56,990 nt of DNA from Candidatus Thermosaccharophagus tengchongensis (GTDB taxonomy: Bacteria > Armatimonadota > Fervidibacteria > Fervidibacterales > Thermosaccharophagaceae). The notes beneath the pieces were generated by a model. That model was not told where the DNA came from, did no database searches, and saw only the letters and a list, made by a program, of their open reading frames with translations. The stretch is taken from assembly GCA_032161105.1 (NCBI GenBank), contig JAVHTD010000021.1; one strand, 5' to 3'. Position 1 is the stretch's first letter. Each line of letters begins with the position of its first letter. The position numbers and the translations under genes were made by a program. Shown here piece after piece: positions 37,601-47,507 of the stretch.

Positions 37601-38363
37601 GAGCCTGTCTTCCGGCACCAACAGTCAGCGCTATGCCGTATGCCCTGATTGGCTTTTGAAATTCAAGTTGCACATACTGTGGCTGCCCATTTATTGGGAG
37701 CGGGAGTGTGGCTGCTGTCTCAATTCTCCCGTCAATGATGCGCTTGGCATCAAACGGCTCCGAGCTCGCCATTATCCTTGGCGATAGGTCGCGAATGCTT
37801 ACGCCCTCGCCGTGAGGTGTTGGGAAGGCAAGGACAGCTATGTCGCGATAGAAGCCAGCTGTTGTTGGCGGTTGTGGCAGCACCTCGTCAAACCTTCTTG
37901 GACCTCGCAACCTCACCTCACTCCAAGTCACCCTTTGCATGGCGTGTTCCGGCTTTATCCAAGGACCGCCGCTGCTTGACCATCCGGCGCAATTGTGGAT
38001 GCAAATTTCCAAGCCGAGTTTTGAGGCAACTTCAACTGCGTGCCTAAATAGTTCACGCCACTCCTTGCTCATGAATTGCACCGGTCCCTCTGGTATCCTC
38101 TCACCGACATTGAAGACCTGCGCACCACCAAGCCCTACGCGCTTCATTTCGGTGAGGTCTTTTGTTATGCCTTCCCTCGTGATGTTGCCATTCATCCAGT
38201 GCCACCATGTATGTGGCTTGGCTTCATGCGGCGGGTTGAGGAATTTGACGGTGAGCTCATCTTGGCAGATTGCCATGCTGAAGAGCATCAACACTGCTGC
38301 ACATGCCATCAACATCCCTTTCGCATACACACACCATTTGCACATCCTCAGCGGGCGCAACAT
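34626..38363 (-). CDS. GH106 alpha-L-rhamnosidase-like glycoside hydrolase, secreted
   Basis: FLNPPHEAKPHTWWHWMNGNITREGITKDL, GWSSSGGPW, IDSYEVG, AAEAFT, LEVSVTNLWVNRLIGD, PSGLLGPV; start placed at ATG 38363 after an RBS. Confidence 0.9.
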   Translation of the reverse strand: MLRPLRMCKWCVYAKGMLMACAAVLMLFSMAICQDELTVKFLNPPHEAKPHTWWHWMNGNITREGITKDLTEMKRVGLGGAQVFNVGERIPEGPVQFMSKEWRELFRHAVEVASKLGLEICIHNCAGWSSSGGPWIKPEHAMQRVTWSEVRLRGPRRFDEVLPQPPTTAGFYRDIAVLAFPTPHGEGVSIRDLSPRIMASSEPFDAKRIIDGRIETAATLPLPINGQPQYVQLEFQKPIRAYGIALTVGAGRQAHSGEILVSSNGKAFKRLRAFSIPRNQRTITLAVDAPYERIYRIAFTRSDPQAKNIAIAEVGIETAFRIDNWQGKAAFTRMDNPTPDTRPVPQECIIQRKSIIDLTSKLSPDGRLVWDVPEGDWTILRIGYTPTGKTNHPAPQSGLGLECDKLSREALDVHWKNAIAPLLADVGPLAGKTFKHVLIDSYEVGSQNWTHNFKEEFKRRRGYDLLPLLPALTGRVVDSLDVSERFLWDFRKTIAELFAENYFGYFAELCHKHGLMLWVEPYGNGPFDDITCGGKADVPMCEFWVGTGIGTGKHMNAKLAASIAHTYGKKIVAAEAFTASPERGRWSNYPYLLKGLGDFMFCSGVNRFVFHRFAHQPWLDRKPGMTMGPWGFHFEWTNTWWEYAPAWIAYISRCQYMLQQGVHVADVCYFVGEGSPCSIRLSMPTPQGYDFDACDVEVLLKRMSVKGKRLVLPDGTSYEVLVLPNEQVMTPSMLRRIGELVKAGAYVIGPKPNRSPSLMNYPQADEEVKALANEIWGDCDGKTVKERTYGAGKVFWGKSIAEVLEQKGIKPDFEFEGRLPGTALNYIHRRLGNTDIYFVANMRERFETVDCTFRVTGKLPELWHPDTGMIERAPIFSEVGGRTKVTLTLEPYGSLFVIFRQPIARPIAITKVLKDGQDALAPKPIAAGKLEIVKAIYGVLEDPKRCVDVTEHLRKMVKNDTLFVVASNEIAGDPAYGIVKKMRVDYTIDGKPYTVIVNENEIVELPPKVIGVGPTLKLRSMPRGAFEMCAFEPGIYELHITEGRMLRTRIADVPKPIELIGPWEVRFTPGWGAPERVIFDGLISWTEHSDEGIKYYSGTATYVKEFELPKEAVGRDRALYLDLGDVMVIATVTLNGRNLGILWKRPFQVEITDAVKPGKNRLEVSVTNLWVNRLIGDEQLPDDREWNPDGSLKSFPKWMLEGKEMPKTGRYTWTTWRHYAKDSPLVPSGLLGPVKILIAAKRILQ

Positions 38364-38688
38364 TGTCCTCACCACCTTTGGTTCGTTTGGCTTCACGAGG
38401 CGCTTCAGTCCTTTATGGCTCATGTGAGCCATCCTCTGGGCAACATTATGGCAACCATACACCGTGCGCGTCACCATTTGACATGAAAGATGGGGGGCAA
38501 TAGCGCGTCAAAAACTGCGTTGGCTGACAGAGGGCGTTATCGCTGCCTTGCAGTGGTGGATGCTTGTTTACGCCAAGTAATGGCGCCTTTGCTTTTTCTC
38601 GGGCGGTAAGCCTTTGCCGATGCGTTCTGTTGAATGTGGATGCATGCCATCGGGAAGCATATTGCGCAGACATTGGTGGTGAGCGGCT

Positions 38689-39657
38689 TTGGCTGAGCCT
38701 CTTTCCGACACCGAATGCAAAGCTGCTATGGAGCGCATATCGCGCTTTATAGCCGAGGTTGAAAAAGTGATTGTGGGAAAGCGCCACACGATTGAACTCG
38801 TCACAGCTGCCCTTTTGGGTAGTGGACATGCTCTCATTGAGGACATACCCGGTGTTGGTAAAACAACACTTGCAAAGGCTATGGCTAAAGCATCGGGCTG
38901 TGAGTTCAAACGGATACAATGCACGCCCGATTTGCTCCCATCCGATGTAACTGGAACTTCAACTTACGACCAAAGCAGCGGCAAGTTTGTGTTTCGTCCC
39001 GGCCCAATATTCGCCCACATCGTTTTGGTTGACGAGATAAACAGGGCAACACCGCGCACGCAGGCGAGCCTGCTTGAATGCATGGAGGAGTTTCAGGTCA
39101 CAGTTGATGGTGTGACTCATAAGCTGCCGCGCCCATTCTTTCTCATCGCCACCGAAAACCCAATTGAGCAGCGCGGCACATATCCGCTGCCCGAATCTCA
39201 AAAGGACAGATTCCTCATACGGGTTCATGTGGGCTACCCTGAGCATGACGAAGAGGTTGATGTTCTCTCCCGTCAGGAGCATGGGCACCCAATTGATCTG
39301 GTTGAGCCGGCTCTTTCCCCTCACGAAATTGTTGAGCTGCAAAGGCTCGTCTTAAGGGTGCATGTAGCCGAAGCGCTGCGGGATTACATCGTCACCCTTG
39401 TTGAAATGACCCGCCGTCACCCGGATGTGCTTTGGGGTGCGAGCCCGAGGGGCTCAATTGGGTTGATGCGCATAAGCCAAGCGTGGGCATTAATGCAGGG
39501 TCGTAATTACATCCTTCCCGACGATGTAAAGAGGCTCGCCATCCCAGTCCTCAGCCACCGCCTCATATTGCAACACGGTGCGACGCTCAAAGGTGTGACG
39601 CAGCAAAAGGTCATTGAGGATATTGTTCACTCAGTTCCGGTGCCCATCACAAGATGA
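38689..39657 (+). CDS. moxR: MoxR-family AAA+ ATPase
   Basis: EDIPGVGKT, RIQCTPDLLPSDVTG, DEINRATPRTQASLLE, NPIEQRGTYPLPE, GASPRG. Confidence 0.95.
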   Translation: MAEPLSDTECKAAMERISRFIAEVEKVIVGKRHTIELVTAALLGSGHALIEDIPGVGKTTLAKAMAKASGCEFKRIQCTPDLLPSDVTGTSTYDQSSGKFVFRPGPIFAHIVLVDEINRATPRTQASLLECMEEFQVTVDGVTHKLPRPFFLIATENPIEQRGTYPLPESQKDRFLIRVHVGYPEHDEEVDVLSRQEHGHPIDLVEPALSPHEIVELQRLVLRVHVAEALRDYIVTLVEMTRRHPDVLWGASPRGSIGLMRISQAWALMQGRNYILPDDVKRLAIPVLSHRLILQHGATLKGVTQQKVIEDIVHSVPVPITR

Positions 39658-40788
39658 GGCGTCATCGGCTTTAGCATTCAAGGGGTCATATGCGCAGAGC
39701 GGCTCTTCGCCCATGAAATTGCCAGTGGCAAAGTAAGCCCTCGCCCTGCATCCATAGCATGCGAGTTTGAACTCGCATATCCCGCACTTTCCGGAGAGCA
39801 GATTCTCATCACGCAGTTTTTGCAGCAGTTCAGAGCCATGCCATATTTCCCCAAATGGTTGCGTGCGTATGTTGCCGGCGGGCAGTGGTAAGTAGCCGCA
39901 TGGCATAACACAGCCATTGTGCGAGATGAAACAAACACCGCTCCCTGCCAAGCAGCCGCGCGTGAAACGATACAGATGGCTCAATGCTCCATGCTCCAAT
40001 TTGCTGTGCCCGTTATGATCAGCTTCGCTTCGGCTCTTGAGCAAGCCGCGCTGTATGGCTATTCGGTAGAAATGCGGTGCGCATGTAGCTCTGACTTGCA
40101 GCTCGCCCATCGCCATGAGCTCGCAAAGCTCATTGAGAACTTCCTCACATTCCGTCGCCGTCATGAGTTCGCTGCTCGCAATCTGTGCACTACACCCAGT
40201 TGGCACAAGTAAGAATGCATGGAAGGCAACTGCTCCGATGTCGCGCGCAAGCTCATAAGTCGCTCTAAGGTGGTTTGAGTTGCTCCGCACCAGCGTCATG
40301 TTTACTTGCACTTCAACTCCATGCGAAATTAGGTTTCGCATGCCAGCTATCGCCATCTCAAATGCGCCCGCAATGCCGCGAACAGCATCATGCATCTGCG
40401 CAGTTGCGCCGTCCAAGCTTACAGCGCATCGCTTTATGCCGCTCCTCTTTATCCTTTCAGCAGTGGCTTCGTCTATGAGCGTGGCGTTGGTAGCCATACA
40501 CACGGTGAGATTGAGGGATGCGATGTTCTCCGCGATCTCAAAGATATCCCCCCGAAGAAGCGGCTCACCGCCTGAGAGCACGATGACTGGCTTTCCGAGT
40601 GGGGCAATCTCATGCGCGAGTTTAATCAGTTCATTTAACGAGAGTTGGTCACTTGAAGATGCGATGGTGCGGCGGCAATGCGCACACTGCAAGTTGCATG
40701 ATGTTGTCGTCTCAATGAAGACGAGCCTTAAGTTTGCCCGTTCATGCAGCACTTGTGAGGGTTGACCAACATCGTTCACCACATTCAC
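39631..40788 (-). CDS. Radical SAM/SPASM protein, AhbD/NirJ-like (alternative heme biosynthesis)
   Basis: CNLQCAHC, SGGEPLLR, ATCAPHFYRI, SPASM GCLAG..PCGYL..CGICEF..CYGCRARAY..PLC. Confidence 0.75.
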   Translation of the reverse strand: MNVVNDVGQPSQVLHERANLRLVFIETTTSCNLQCAHCRRTIASSSDQLSLNELIKLAHEIAPLGKPVIVLSGGEPLLRGDIFEIAENIASLNLTVCMATNATLIDEATAERIKRSGIKRCAVSLDGATAQMHDAVRGIAGAFEMAIAGMRNLISHGVEVQVNMTLVRSNSNHLRATYELARDIGAVAFHAFLLVPTGCSAQIASSELMTATECEEVLNELCELMAMGELQVRATCAPHFYRIAIQRGLLKSRSEADHNGHSKLEHGALSHLYRFTRGCLAGSGVCFISHNGCVMPCGYLPLPAGNIRTQPFGEIWHGSELLQKLRDENLLSGKCGICEFKLACYGCRARAYFATGNFMGEEPLCAYDPLNAKADDASSCDGHRN

Positions 40789-40959
40789 CCCTCATCAGTT
40801 GGCGGGGGTAGTTGCAACACATTAGCAGGCTTGGCACCCCGTTAATTGCTTCCCGCTGTTACACCAATTGCATGCGTGTTAGCATAGTTAATTGTAGAGC
40901 GGAGCGGGGTTGGATAAAATGCCAGCAACGGTCTAAACAGCGATGGGAGCTCATGGTGG

Positions 40960-42108
40960 GTGATTTGGATGAGGTTGATTGTTCTTGCGATGCTGATGCT
41001 CGTGGTGGTGAGCAACACAGCAGCATGGCAGCGGAGGATGCCGCCAACGGCGGCAAAGATCAAGCAGCTTAGGGAGAGGAAAGCCGAAATTGAGCGCAAA
41101 AAGAGGGAAGCCCTGAGGAGGCTGCGCGAGGTGAAAAGGAAGGAGCGCTCAATATCGGATAGGTTGCAGCAGATACAAATTGAGTTGCTTTCGGCGACGG
41201 AACGATATAACCGCTTGAGCCGTCAGCTCTCGTTTGTGGGACAGCAAGTTGGAAGGTTAAGAGGCGATGTTAAGCGTCTATCGGATAAGCTTGCAAGTGA
41301 TAGGGCGAAGTTCCGAAGCAGGCTCGTCAGCATTTACAAGCAGGAACCTGTCATGTATGTCTCGCTGCTTTTGTCATCAAAGGACATGATGGATGCAGCG
41401 AGCAGGTTTTATGTGCTGCGCAAGGTGGTCGTTAGCGACTCGCAATTGATAAGGAGCATAGAGAAGCATATTGATGAGCTCAAGGAGAAGCAGCGCGAGC
41501 TTGAGAGGCGAGAGAGTGAGCTTAGGCAATTGCAGGAGCAAGTTGCGATGCAAAGGCAGCAGATTGAGGAGAATAAGGCGAAGCAGGAGAGGATTCTGCG
41601 CTCTGTTCAATCTGAGCGCATAATGTATGAGCGCTACTTGCGTGAGTGGGAGGAGGAATCGGAAGCCATTGAGCGCATGTTGCGCGCTTTGCAGCTTAGG
41701 GCTGGAGTTAGCACGACACCTTGGAGGGGCTCGTTCGTCAGACCGGTCGTCGGCACGGTCACTTCCGTGTTCGGATATAGGGTTCACCCGATATTCAAAA
41801 TCGTGCGCTTCCATACAGGTGTTGACATATCGGCGAGTTATGGGACACCGATAAGGGCGGCAGCTGGTGGGACAGTCGTCTTTAGCGGTTGGAGGCGAGC
41901 CTATGGCTTGACCGTCATCATTGACCACGGCAATGGCATAGCAACTTTGTATGCGCATTGCTCAAGCCTGTATGTTTCAGAGGGTCAAAATGTTGAATCC
42001 GGTCAAGTCATAGCCGCTGTCGGAAGCACGGGGCTGTCAACGGGACCTCACCTTCATTTTGAGGTGAGGCGATACGGCACGCCAATAAATCCGTTCACGA
42101 TGCAGTGA
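40960..42108 (+). CDS. EnvC-like coiled-coil M23 peptidoglycan endopeptidase/activator
   Basis: Signal peptide, long coiled coil, FHTGVDI, TLYAHCS, GSTGLSTGPHLHFEVR. Confidence 0.92.
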   Translation: MIWMRLIVLAMLMLVVVSNTAAWQRRMPPTAAKIKQLRERKAEIERKKREALRRLREVKRKERSISDRLQQIQIELLSATERYNRLSRQLSFVGQQVGRLRGDVKRLSDKLASDRAKFRSRLVSIYKQEPVMYVSLLLSSKDMMDAASRFYVLRKVVVSDSQLIRSIEKHIDELKEKQRELERRESELRQLQEQVAMQRQQIEENKAKQERILRSVQSERIMYERYLREWEEESEAIERMLRALQLRAGVSTTPWRGSFVRPVVGTVTSVFGYRVHPIFKIVRFHTGVDISASYGTPIRAAAGGTVVFSGWRRAYGLTVIIDHGNGIATLYAHCSSLYVSEGQNVESGQVIAAVGSTGLSTGPHLHFEVRRYGTPINPFTMQ

Positions 42109-42123
42109 AAGCATCCATAAGGC

Positions 42124-43608
42124 TTGATGGCATTTCAATTTCAATGGGCGCTGCAACTCATGTTCTGGAGGTTGAAGGCAATGCTTAAAGGACAGGTATA
42201 CAGAGCCATCCCGCTCATCATAGCCCTCGTTGTGGCTTTCAGCATTGGGAGGATGAGCGCTCATCTCGGCGATTTCAACCCATTGGTTGCCGGCTTGCAA
42301 GGCAGCAAGGCGCCATCGGGTAGCGCTATCCTTCCGAGTGTCGCCCCAATTGAATACATTGATGAAGCATACCGATGCATAAAACGCAACTCATACAATC
42401 GTGATGTGGAAGATAAGGAGCTTGTTTATGGCGCAATAAGGGGCATGTTGACGGCGCTTGATGATAGGTATGCTCGCTTTCTGACGCCGGAGGAGCAGAG
42501 GGAATTTGAGATACAGACCGAGGGCGAGTTTGAGGGCATAGGAGCCGAACTCGCACAGATACCAGACCCGGTCACAAATCGCTACAGGATAACCATCGTC
42601 ACAGTCTTCCCCGGGCAGCCCGCTCACAAAGCCGGCTTGCAACCGATGGACAGGATAAAGGCGATTGATGGCAAGCCGACGGATAAGATGACATTGAACG
42701 AGGCAGTGAAGCTCATCCGCGGACCGAAGGGGACACCGGTGACCTTGACTATAGAGCGCCCCGGCTTTGAGCATCCAATCAATGTCACCCTCATCAGGGA
42801 GCGCATAAAAGTCCCAACACTTAAGGCGACCACCATTGAGACAGATGTTGGGAAGGTTGGTTACATACACCTGCTTGACTTCAGCAAGCTTGCCGAGAAG
42901 GAATTGTTGGATGTGCTGCGCAAGTTCAAGAACGATGGCATTGTTGGATTAATCCTTGACCTGAGGGATAACCCGGGAGGGTTGCTTGATGCAGCTGTTG
43001 CCGTTGCAAGCTGCTTTGTCAAAGGTGGTCCTGTGGTCATCGTTAGGGATCGCTATGGCAACGAGGATGTATATGAGGCGCGTCCGGAGAAATATGCCGG
43101 CTTGAATGTGCCGATGATGGTGCTCGTCAATCGGCTGAGTGCAAGCGCGAGCGAAATAGTTGCTGGAGCGGTTAAGGACAGGAAGGTGGGAAAGGTGGTT
43201 GGGGAGCGCACATTCGGCAAGGGCTCAGTCCAAACTGCCATACCGCTGAATCACGGTGGCAGTGTCATAATAACAACGCATCGCTACCTAACCCCGAGTC
43301 GGTATGACATAACTGAAAAGAGCGGCATAGAGCCGGATGTTGAGATAAAGTTTGAAGACGCATCGCTTGCTGAGGTCTGGAAGGAGAGGGCAATAGAGCA
43401 CATAAAGACCGAGCAGTTTGAAGACGCACTGATTTGCCTTAGAAGGGCTTTGCAGCTCAACCCGAAGGATAAAGAACTGAGCAAGCTTTGGGATGAGGCA
43501 TGGAACGGTTGGGGGCAAAGGAGGGCAGCCGGAAAGCCGCACGAGAAGGACTACGAACTGCAGCAATGCTTGGAGCTGCTCAAGCAGGAGATAGAGAAGA
43601 GAAGGTGA
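42124..43608 (+). CDS. ctpA: S41A C-terminal processing protease (PDZ) with a TPR-like insert
   Basis: GEFEGIGA, LDLRDNPGGLL, SASASEIVAGA, GERTFGKGSVQ, GIEPDVEI; start may be downstream (MLKGQ). Confidence 0.92.
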   Translation: MMAFQFQWALQLMFWRLKAMLKGQVYRAIPLIIALVVAFSIGRMSAHLGDFNPLVAGLQGSKAPSGSAILPSVAPIEYIDEAYRCIKRNSYNRDVEDKELVYGAIRGMLTALDDRYARFLTPEEQREFEIQTEGEFEGIGAELAQIPDPVTNRYRITIVTVFPGQPAHKAGLQPMDRIKAIDGKPTDKMTLNEAVKLIRGPKGTPVTLTIERPGFEHPINVTLIRERIKVPTLKATTIETDVGKVGYIHLLDFSKLAEKELLDVLRKFKNDGIVGLILDLRDNPGGLLDAAVAVASCFVKGGPVVIVRDRYGNEDVYEARPEKYAGLNVPMMVLVNRLSASASEIVAGAVKDRKVGKVVGERTFGKGSVQTAIPLNHGGSVIITTHRYLTPSRYDITEKSGIEPDVEIKFEDASLAEVWKERAIEHIKTEQFEDALICLRRALQLNPKDKELSKLWDEAWNGWGQRRAAGKPHEKDYELQQCLELLKQEIEKRR

Positions 43609-43692
43609 AGCATCACAACCGTGTTGAGGAAGATGAGCGCCTGCCGAGGTTAAGTTTGCTTGCCTGTCCCCCTCATGGCGAGGTGCTAAATT

Positions 43693-44676
43693 GTGCATCA
43701 AGTTGAGCGCATCACCTATTGGGCGATCATTGTTGTGCTGCTGGTTACCAATGTTGTGCAGTGGCGTTCACGACAGCCATATGCAGTCATCGTTAAGGGC
43801 GATATCATTGGGTGGGTTAGCAGTAAGGGCATCTATCAACGCGCTTTGAAGATGGCGCAGAGTGAAGCGGAAAAGTTGCACAAGGGCATGCCAGTTGGCT
43901 TTTCCGAGGTTGAATCCGGCGAAGTCCTATGTGAGCGTCATATGCCGCGCGGCAAAGTAGAGCTATTAACGCCGGCTGAGTTGAGCGCGTTGCTGCTCGG
44001 GCGCTTGACCGTAAGCTATAAAGCTGCAGCGATAGTCGTAAATGGCAAACCCATAGTTGCTCTCAAGGATGAGCAGTCGGCACGCAATGTGCTTGAGAGT
44101 GTAAAGGCGCACTTTGCCAAGTTCGCATCGCATGTTGGAGAGTTGCTCAAGGAGGCTTCTTTCAGGGAGAAGGTGGAAGTTAAGGTGATGAGCATACCAG
44201 CAGAGATTTACGCGCCGACGGAGGGGGAGGCTTTTAAACGCCTGCTTGAGGGGGGCGAGAAACCGCTTTATCACAAGGTGCAGCGTGGTGAAGTGGCGAT
44301 AGCTATCGCGAGGAAGTATGGCATAAAGCTTGCCGAGCTGCAGAGGTTGAACGGCGGGAGGGATTTGAACAAGCTGAGGATAGGCGAGTTGCTCCTCATC
44401 AAGCCGGGAAAGCCATTGCTCACAGTCGTCACACTACATCAACAGCGAGTTCAAGAAAAACTGCCCTTCAAAGAGGAGCGCAAACTCGCACCCCATTTGC
44501 CCGGCGGCGAGGTGATCGTCCAAAGGAAGGGGCAAGAGGGTTTGAAGGAGGTCGTTTACGAAGTGAGGTGCGAAAACGGGATTGAGGTTTCAAGGAGGGT
44601 CTCATCAGAGCGCGTCATTAAAGAGCCCGTTAGCCAAATCGTCGTTGTAGGGGGAGGATTGCATGGCAGGCATTAG
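43693..44676 (+). CDS. Membrane-anchored LysM + G5 domain protein
   Basis: N-terminal TM; YHKVQRGEVAIAIARKYGI..LQRLN (LysM); VQRKGQEG.KEV..ENGIEV..VIKEPVSQIVVVG (G5). Confidence 0.85.
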   Translation: MHQVERITYWAIIVVLLVTNVVQWRSRQPYAVIVKGDIIGWVSSKGIYQRALKMAQSEAEKLHKGMPVGFSEVESGEVLCERHMPRGKVELLTPAELSALLLGRLTVSYKAAAIVVNGKPIVALKDEQSARNVLESVKAHFAKFASHVGELLKEASFREKVEVKVMSIPAEIYAPTEGEAFKRLLEGGEKPLYHKVQRGEVAIAIARKYGIKLAELQRLNGGRDLNKLRIGELLLIKPGKPLLTVVTLHQQRVQEKLPFKEERKLAPHLPGGEVIVQRKGQEGLKEVVYEVRCENGIEVSRRVSSERVIKEPVSQIVVVGGGLHGRH

Positions 44677-46069
44677 CGAGGGCGAATTTGGGGTGGCAGG
44701 AAATGAGGATGACTGCCACCTGCTGCACAGGGAGGATTTGCATATTGAGCCATTCCAACCGGTGACATACAACATTGAGCGTGTTGGGGCGCTTAAGGAT
44801 GTCATCGCACCGCCATACGATGTGATGACACCGCAGGAGAGAGAAAGTTACGCTCGTTCTCACCCGTTCAACATCGTTCACATACTCCTTCCGAGGCAAG
44901 CTTGCGAAAGCATTGAGCGAAGCAGTGACGAGTATGAATTGGCGGGCACTCTGACAAGGCGATGGTTGAGTGAGGGCATACTCATCGCATCTCAAAAGCC
45001 ATTCGCATTCCCATATAGGCAGCTTTTCAAGGACGAGATGGGTGGGACAGTTGAGCAATGGAGTGTAATTGTTGCCCTGCAGCTTCGCGAGTATTCAAGC
45101 GGTGTTGTGCGCCCGCACGAGATGACGACACAGTCATCAAAGCTTGACAGGCTCATGCTGCTGCGAGCCACCGGGCTTGAGATGGGGCAGGTGTATGCGC
45201 TGTTCGTTGGCGATGGTAGCGGTGTTGACGAGTTGCTGCAGAGTCAAGCGAGGCTTGATGAGCCTTGGCTATCCGTGACCGACAATAAAGGTGTCCTGCA
45301 CTCAATTTGGCGTGTTGACGACAGCATATGGCTATCCGAGTTGCGTTCAGCCCTGAAAGGCTCTTGGATTCTCATCGCCGATGGTCATCACAGATATGAG
45401 ACAGCCATCGCATATATGCGTGAGAGGTGGATGAGCGAGGGCGGGTTAAGCGAGGACCATCCGGCATGCTACATCGGTATGGCGTTGGCTAACCTCTATG
45501 GGAGGGTGACGGTGTTGCCGACTCATCGCCTGCTGCATTTCTCATCTCCACATGAGCGCAACGAATTTGTGAGGTGGATTTTCAACGCCTTTGGATGGGG
45601 CGGTTATGTTGAGCGGATGGATGTGCGCACAGCGCTTGAACGGTTTCAGCAGGTGGATGACAGTGAGTCGGTCAGTTTCGTTGCCTTGTATGGTAACGAG
45701 GCGGTATTGTTGCGCGTGCCAACGCATGAGCTGGACAAGTTGTATTGTAGTGATGCAGGTAATAGGGCGAATTTGATCAGAGCCGGAGTGAACACTGTAG
45801 TGTTGCACGAGCTCATTCTACCGATGGCGATGCACTCCATTGGATTGGATGAGGAACCATCGCTCTCATACACTCAAGAGGTGGCGGAGGCAATTAAGGT
45901 GGCTTCAAGTGATGAAAGCTCGGTTGCGATTTTATTGCGTCCTATAGCGGCGACTCAATTGCGCCTTGTGGCTGAGCTTGGCGAGAAGCTGCCGCCAAAG
46001 TCAACCTACTTCTACCCGAAAGTCCCCTCGGGGTTGGTCATGCGCCTCTTAACGAGAGACTTTGCATAA
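44663..46069 (+). CDS. DUF1015 family protein
   Basis: IAPPYDV, RPHE.T, IADGHHRYETA, LPTHR, LPPKSTYFYPKVPSGL. Confidence 0.9.
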   Translation: MAGISEGEFGVAGNEDDCHLLHREDLHIEPFQPVTYNIERVGALKDVIAPPYDVMTPQERESYARSHPFNIVHILLPRQACESIERSSDEYELAGTLTRRWLSEGILIASQKPFAFPYRQLFKDEMGGTVEQWSVIVALQLREYSSGVVRPHEMTTQSSKLDRLMLLRATGLEMGQVYALFVGDGSGVDELLQSQARLDEPWLSVTDNKGVLHSIWRVDDSIWLSELRSALKGSWILIADGHHRYETAIAYMRERWMSEGGLSEDHPACYIGMALANLYGRVTVLPTHRLLHFSSPHERNEFVRWIFNAFGWGGYVERMDVRTALERFQQVDDSESVSFVALYGNEAVLLRVPTHELDKLYCSDAGNRANLIRAGVNTVVLHELILPMAMHSIGLDEEPSLSYTQEVAEAIKVASSDESSVAILLRPIAATQLRLVAELGEKLPPKSTYFYPKVPSGLVMRLLTRDFA

Positions 46070-46175
46070 ACGAATGAAAGCAGGTGGGCGAGCAGTTGGC
46101 AGCATGTATCAGTCCATCCGAGTTTACCCATCTGCTCAGCCGTGCGAATTCCAACTTGAGGGAACGGCAATGGCA

Positions 46176-47507
46176 TCACCTTTGTGCGCTGTCATATGCA
46201 AACAGCCCTCTGGCGATGATGATCGTGAAAAGGGCGCTCAATGCTGCGCACCCAAACACCGCATGATAGCCGATTGAGTGCACAATGAACCCGCCGAGCA
46301 TCGGGAAGAACATGACCAAGCCGTCAATTGTGTTGAATGAAGCTATGAGGAGAGGTCTCCGTTCTGTCTCGGCGAGTTCAAGCAGGTAGTTTGTGAATGC
46401 GATTGCTGGTGCGGGTGATATTGCGCCGATGAGTGCATAAATCACCATCCATGCCATCAGCATCCAATCGCTGCTTCCGCACATTGTGCTAATGGCGCTG
46501 ATTGCAGTAGCTGTGAGGGGCACAACCGGCAGCAGGAAAATGCACGCCCTCATTGCAGTCGTGCATCCTTTGGCATCGTTTATGTAACTCCAAAGCGGCG
46601 TGAATAGCAATCCGGTGGCAGTTTGCAGTATAAGGAATGTGCCCATCACAGAATCATGTGTCCCAAGAACTCTGATTGCGAATGTGGCGTAGAACGGTCC
46701 GGCAATTGAGGAGGAGTCCAATATGAGGCGGGTGAGTATGAATAGCCTGAATCGCCTATTATCGCAGAGCAGCTTGAACAGGTCCTTCAACTCCCAAATG
46801 AATCTCAGCCGCGGCTGGGTGAGCAAATCCGGTGGTTCATCAATTAGCATGAAAAGTGAGAACGCAACGGCATATGAGATGAGCGAGAACAGCATCAGGA
46901 GCATGTAGTTGCTCGGGAATGGCAATGCCTTTTCCATCGCCAATATCTCTTTGACTATGAATCCGGAGAGCACTCCGAGCAGTCCGCCAAAGAGGTTTCT
47001 TGCGCCCCAGAATGCGCCCCTCCTTCTCGGCGGTATTATCCTTGTGACGATATCCATGAATGCCAGCCCGCCAACGCCTCCCATGAGCATGAAGATGGCG
47101 TAGAGGGAGAAAAAGCAAATTGCCGTGAGCACCTTTGATGTTCCAATAAATGTCACTGTGGTGAGTATCATCATTGCCCAACTGAGCAATCTAAGGGTTG
47201 AAGCGAACCTGTAGATGGGCATTTTGTAGCGTTGTGATTCAATGTATCCGACGACGAACAGCTGCGGGAGAAACCATCCAGCACCAGCGATTGTTCCGAT
47301 TAGACCGGCTCCGAGCTCTGAATTAACGAGGCGTGTTGCAAATGTTACAAGGACGGTTGACGGATGCGAAAGCGAAAAGCCGAGTTGAAAGGCAACCCCG
47401 TTGAGGACGCCAAGTGCGAAAGCCCTTCTCCATGCGCTGAGTTGCGGTATCGGAACGAGCGCTGCTAAGTCATCCGCCGGCTTGCTACAGTTTCCATCCT
47501 CTCCCAT
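46176..47507 (-). CDS. MFS transporter
   Basis: About 12 TM segments; GWFLPQL, DIVTRIIPPRRRGAFWG, ERRP loop motifs. Confidence 0.88.
   Translation of the reverse strand: MGEDGNCSKPADDLAALVPIPQLSAWRRAFALGVLNGVAFQLGFSLSHPSTVLVTFATRLVNSELGAGLIGTIAGAGWFLPQLFVVGYIESQRYKMPIYRFASTLRLLSWAMMILTTVTFIGTSKVLTAICFFSLYAIFMLMGGVGGLAFMDIVTRIIPPRRRGAFWGARNLFGGLLGVLSGFIVKEILAMEKALPFPSNYMLLMLFSLISYAVAFSLFMLIDEPPDLLTQPRLRFIWELKDLFKLLCDNRRFRLFILTRLILDSSSIAGPFYATFAIRVLGTHDSVMGTFLILQTATGLLFTPLWSYINDAKGCTTAMRACIFLLPVVPLTATAISAISTMCGSSDWMLMAWMVIYALIGAISPAPAIAFTNYLLELAETERRPLLIASFNTIDGLVMFFPMLGGFIVHSIGYHAVFGCAALSALFTIIIARGLFAYDSAQR

Noticed and set aside
39631..39657. Overlap of convergent moxR and radical SAM 3' ends
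   Set aside because: Short tail-to-tail overlaps are common in compact genomes.
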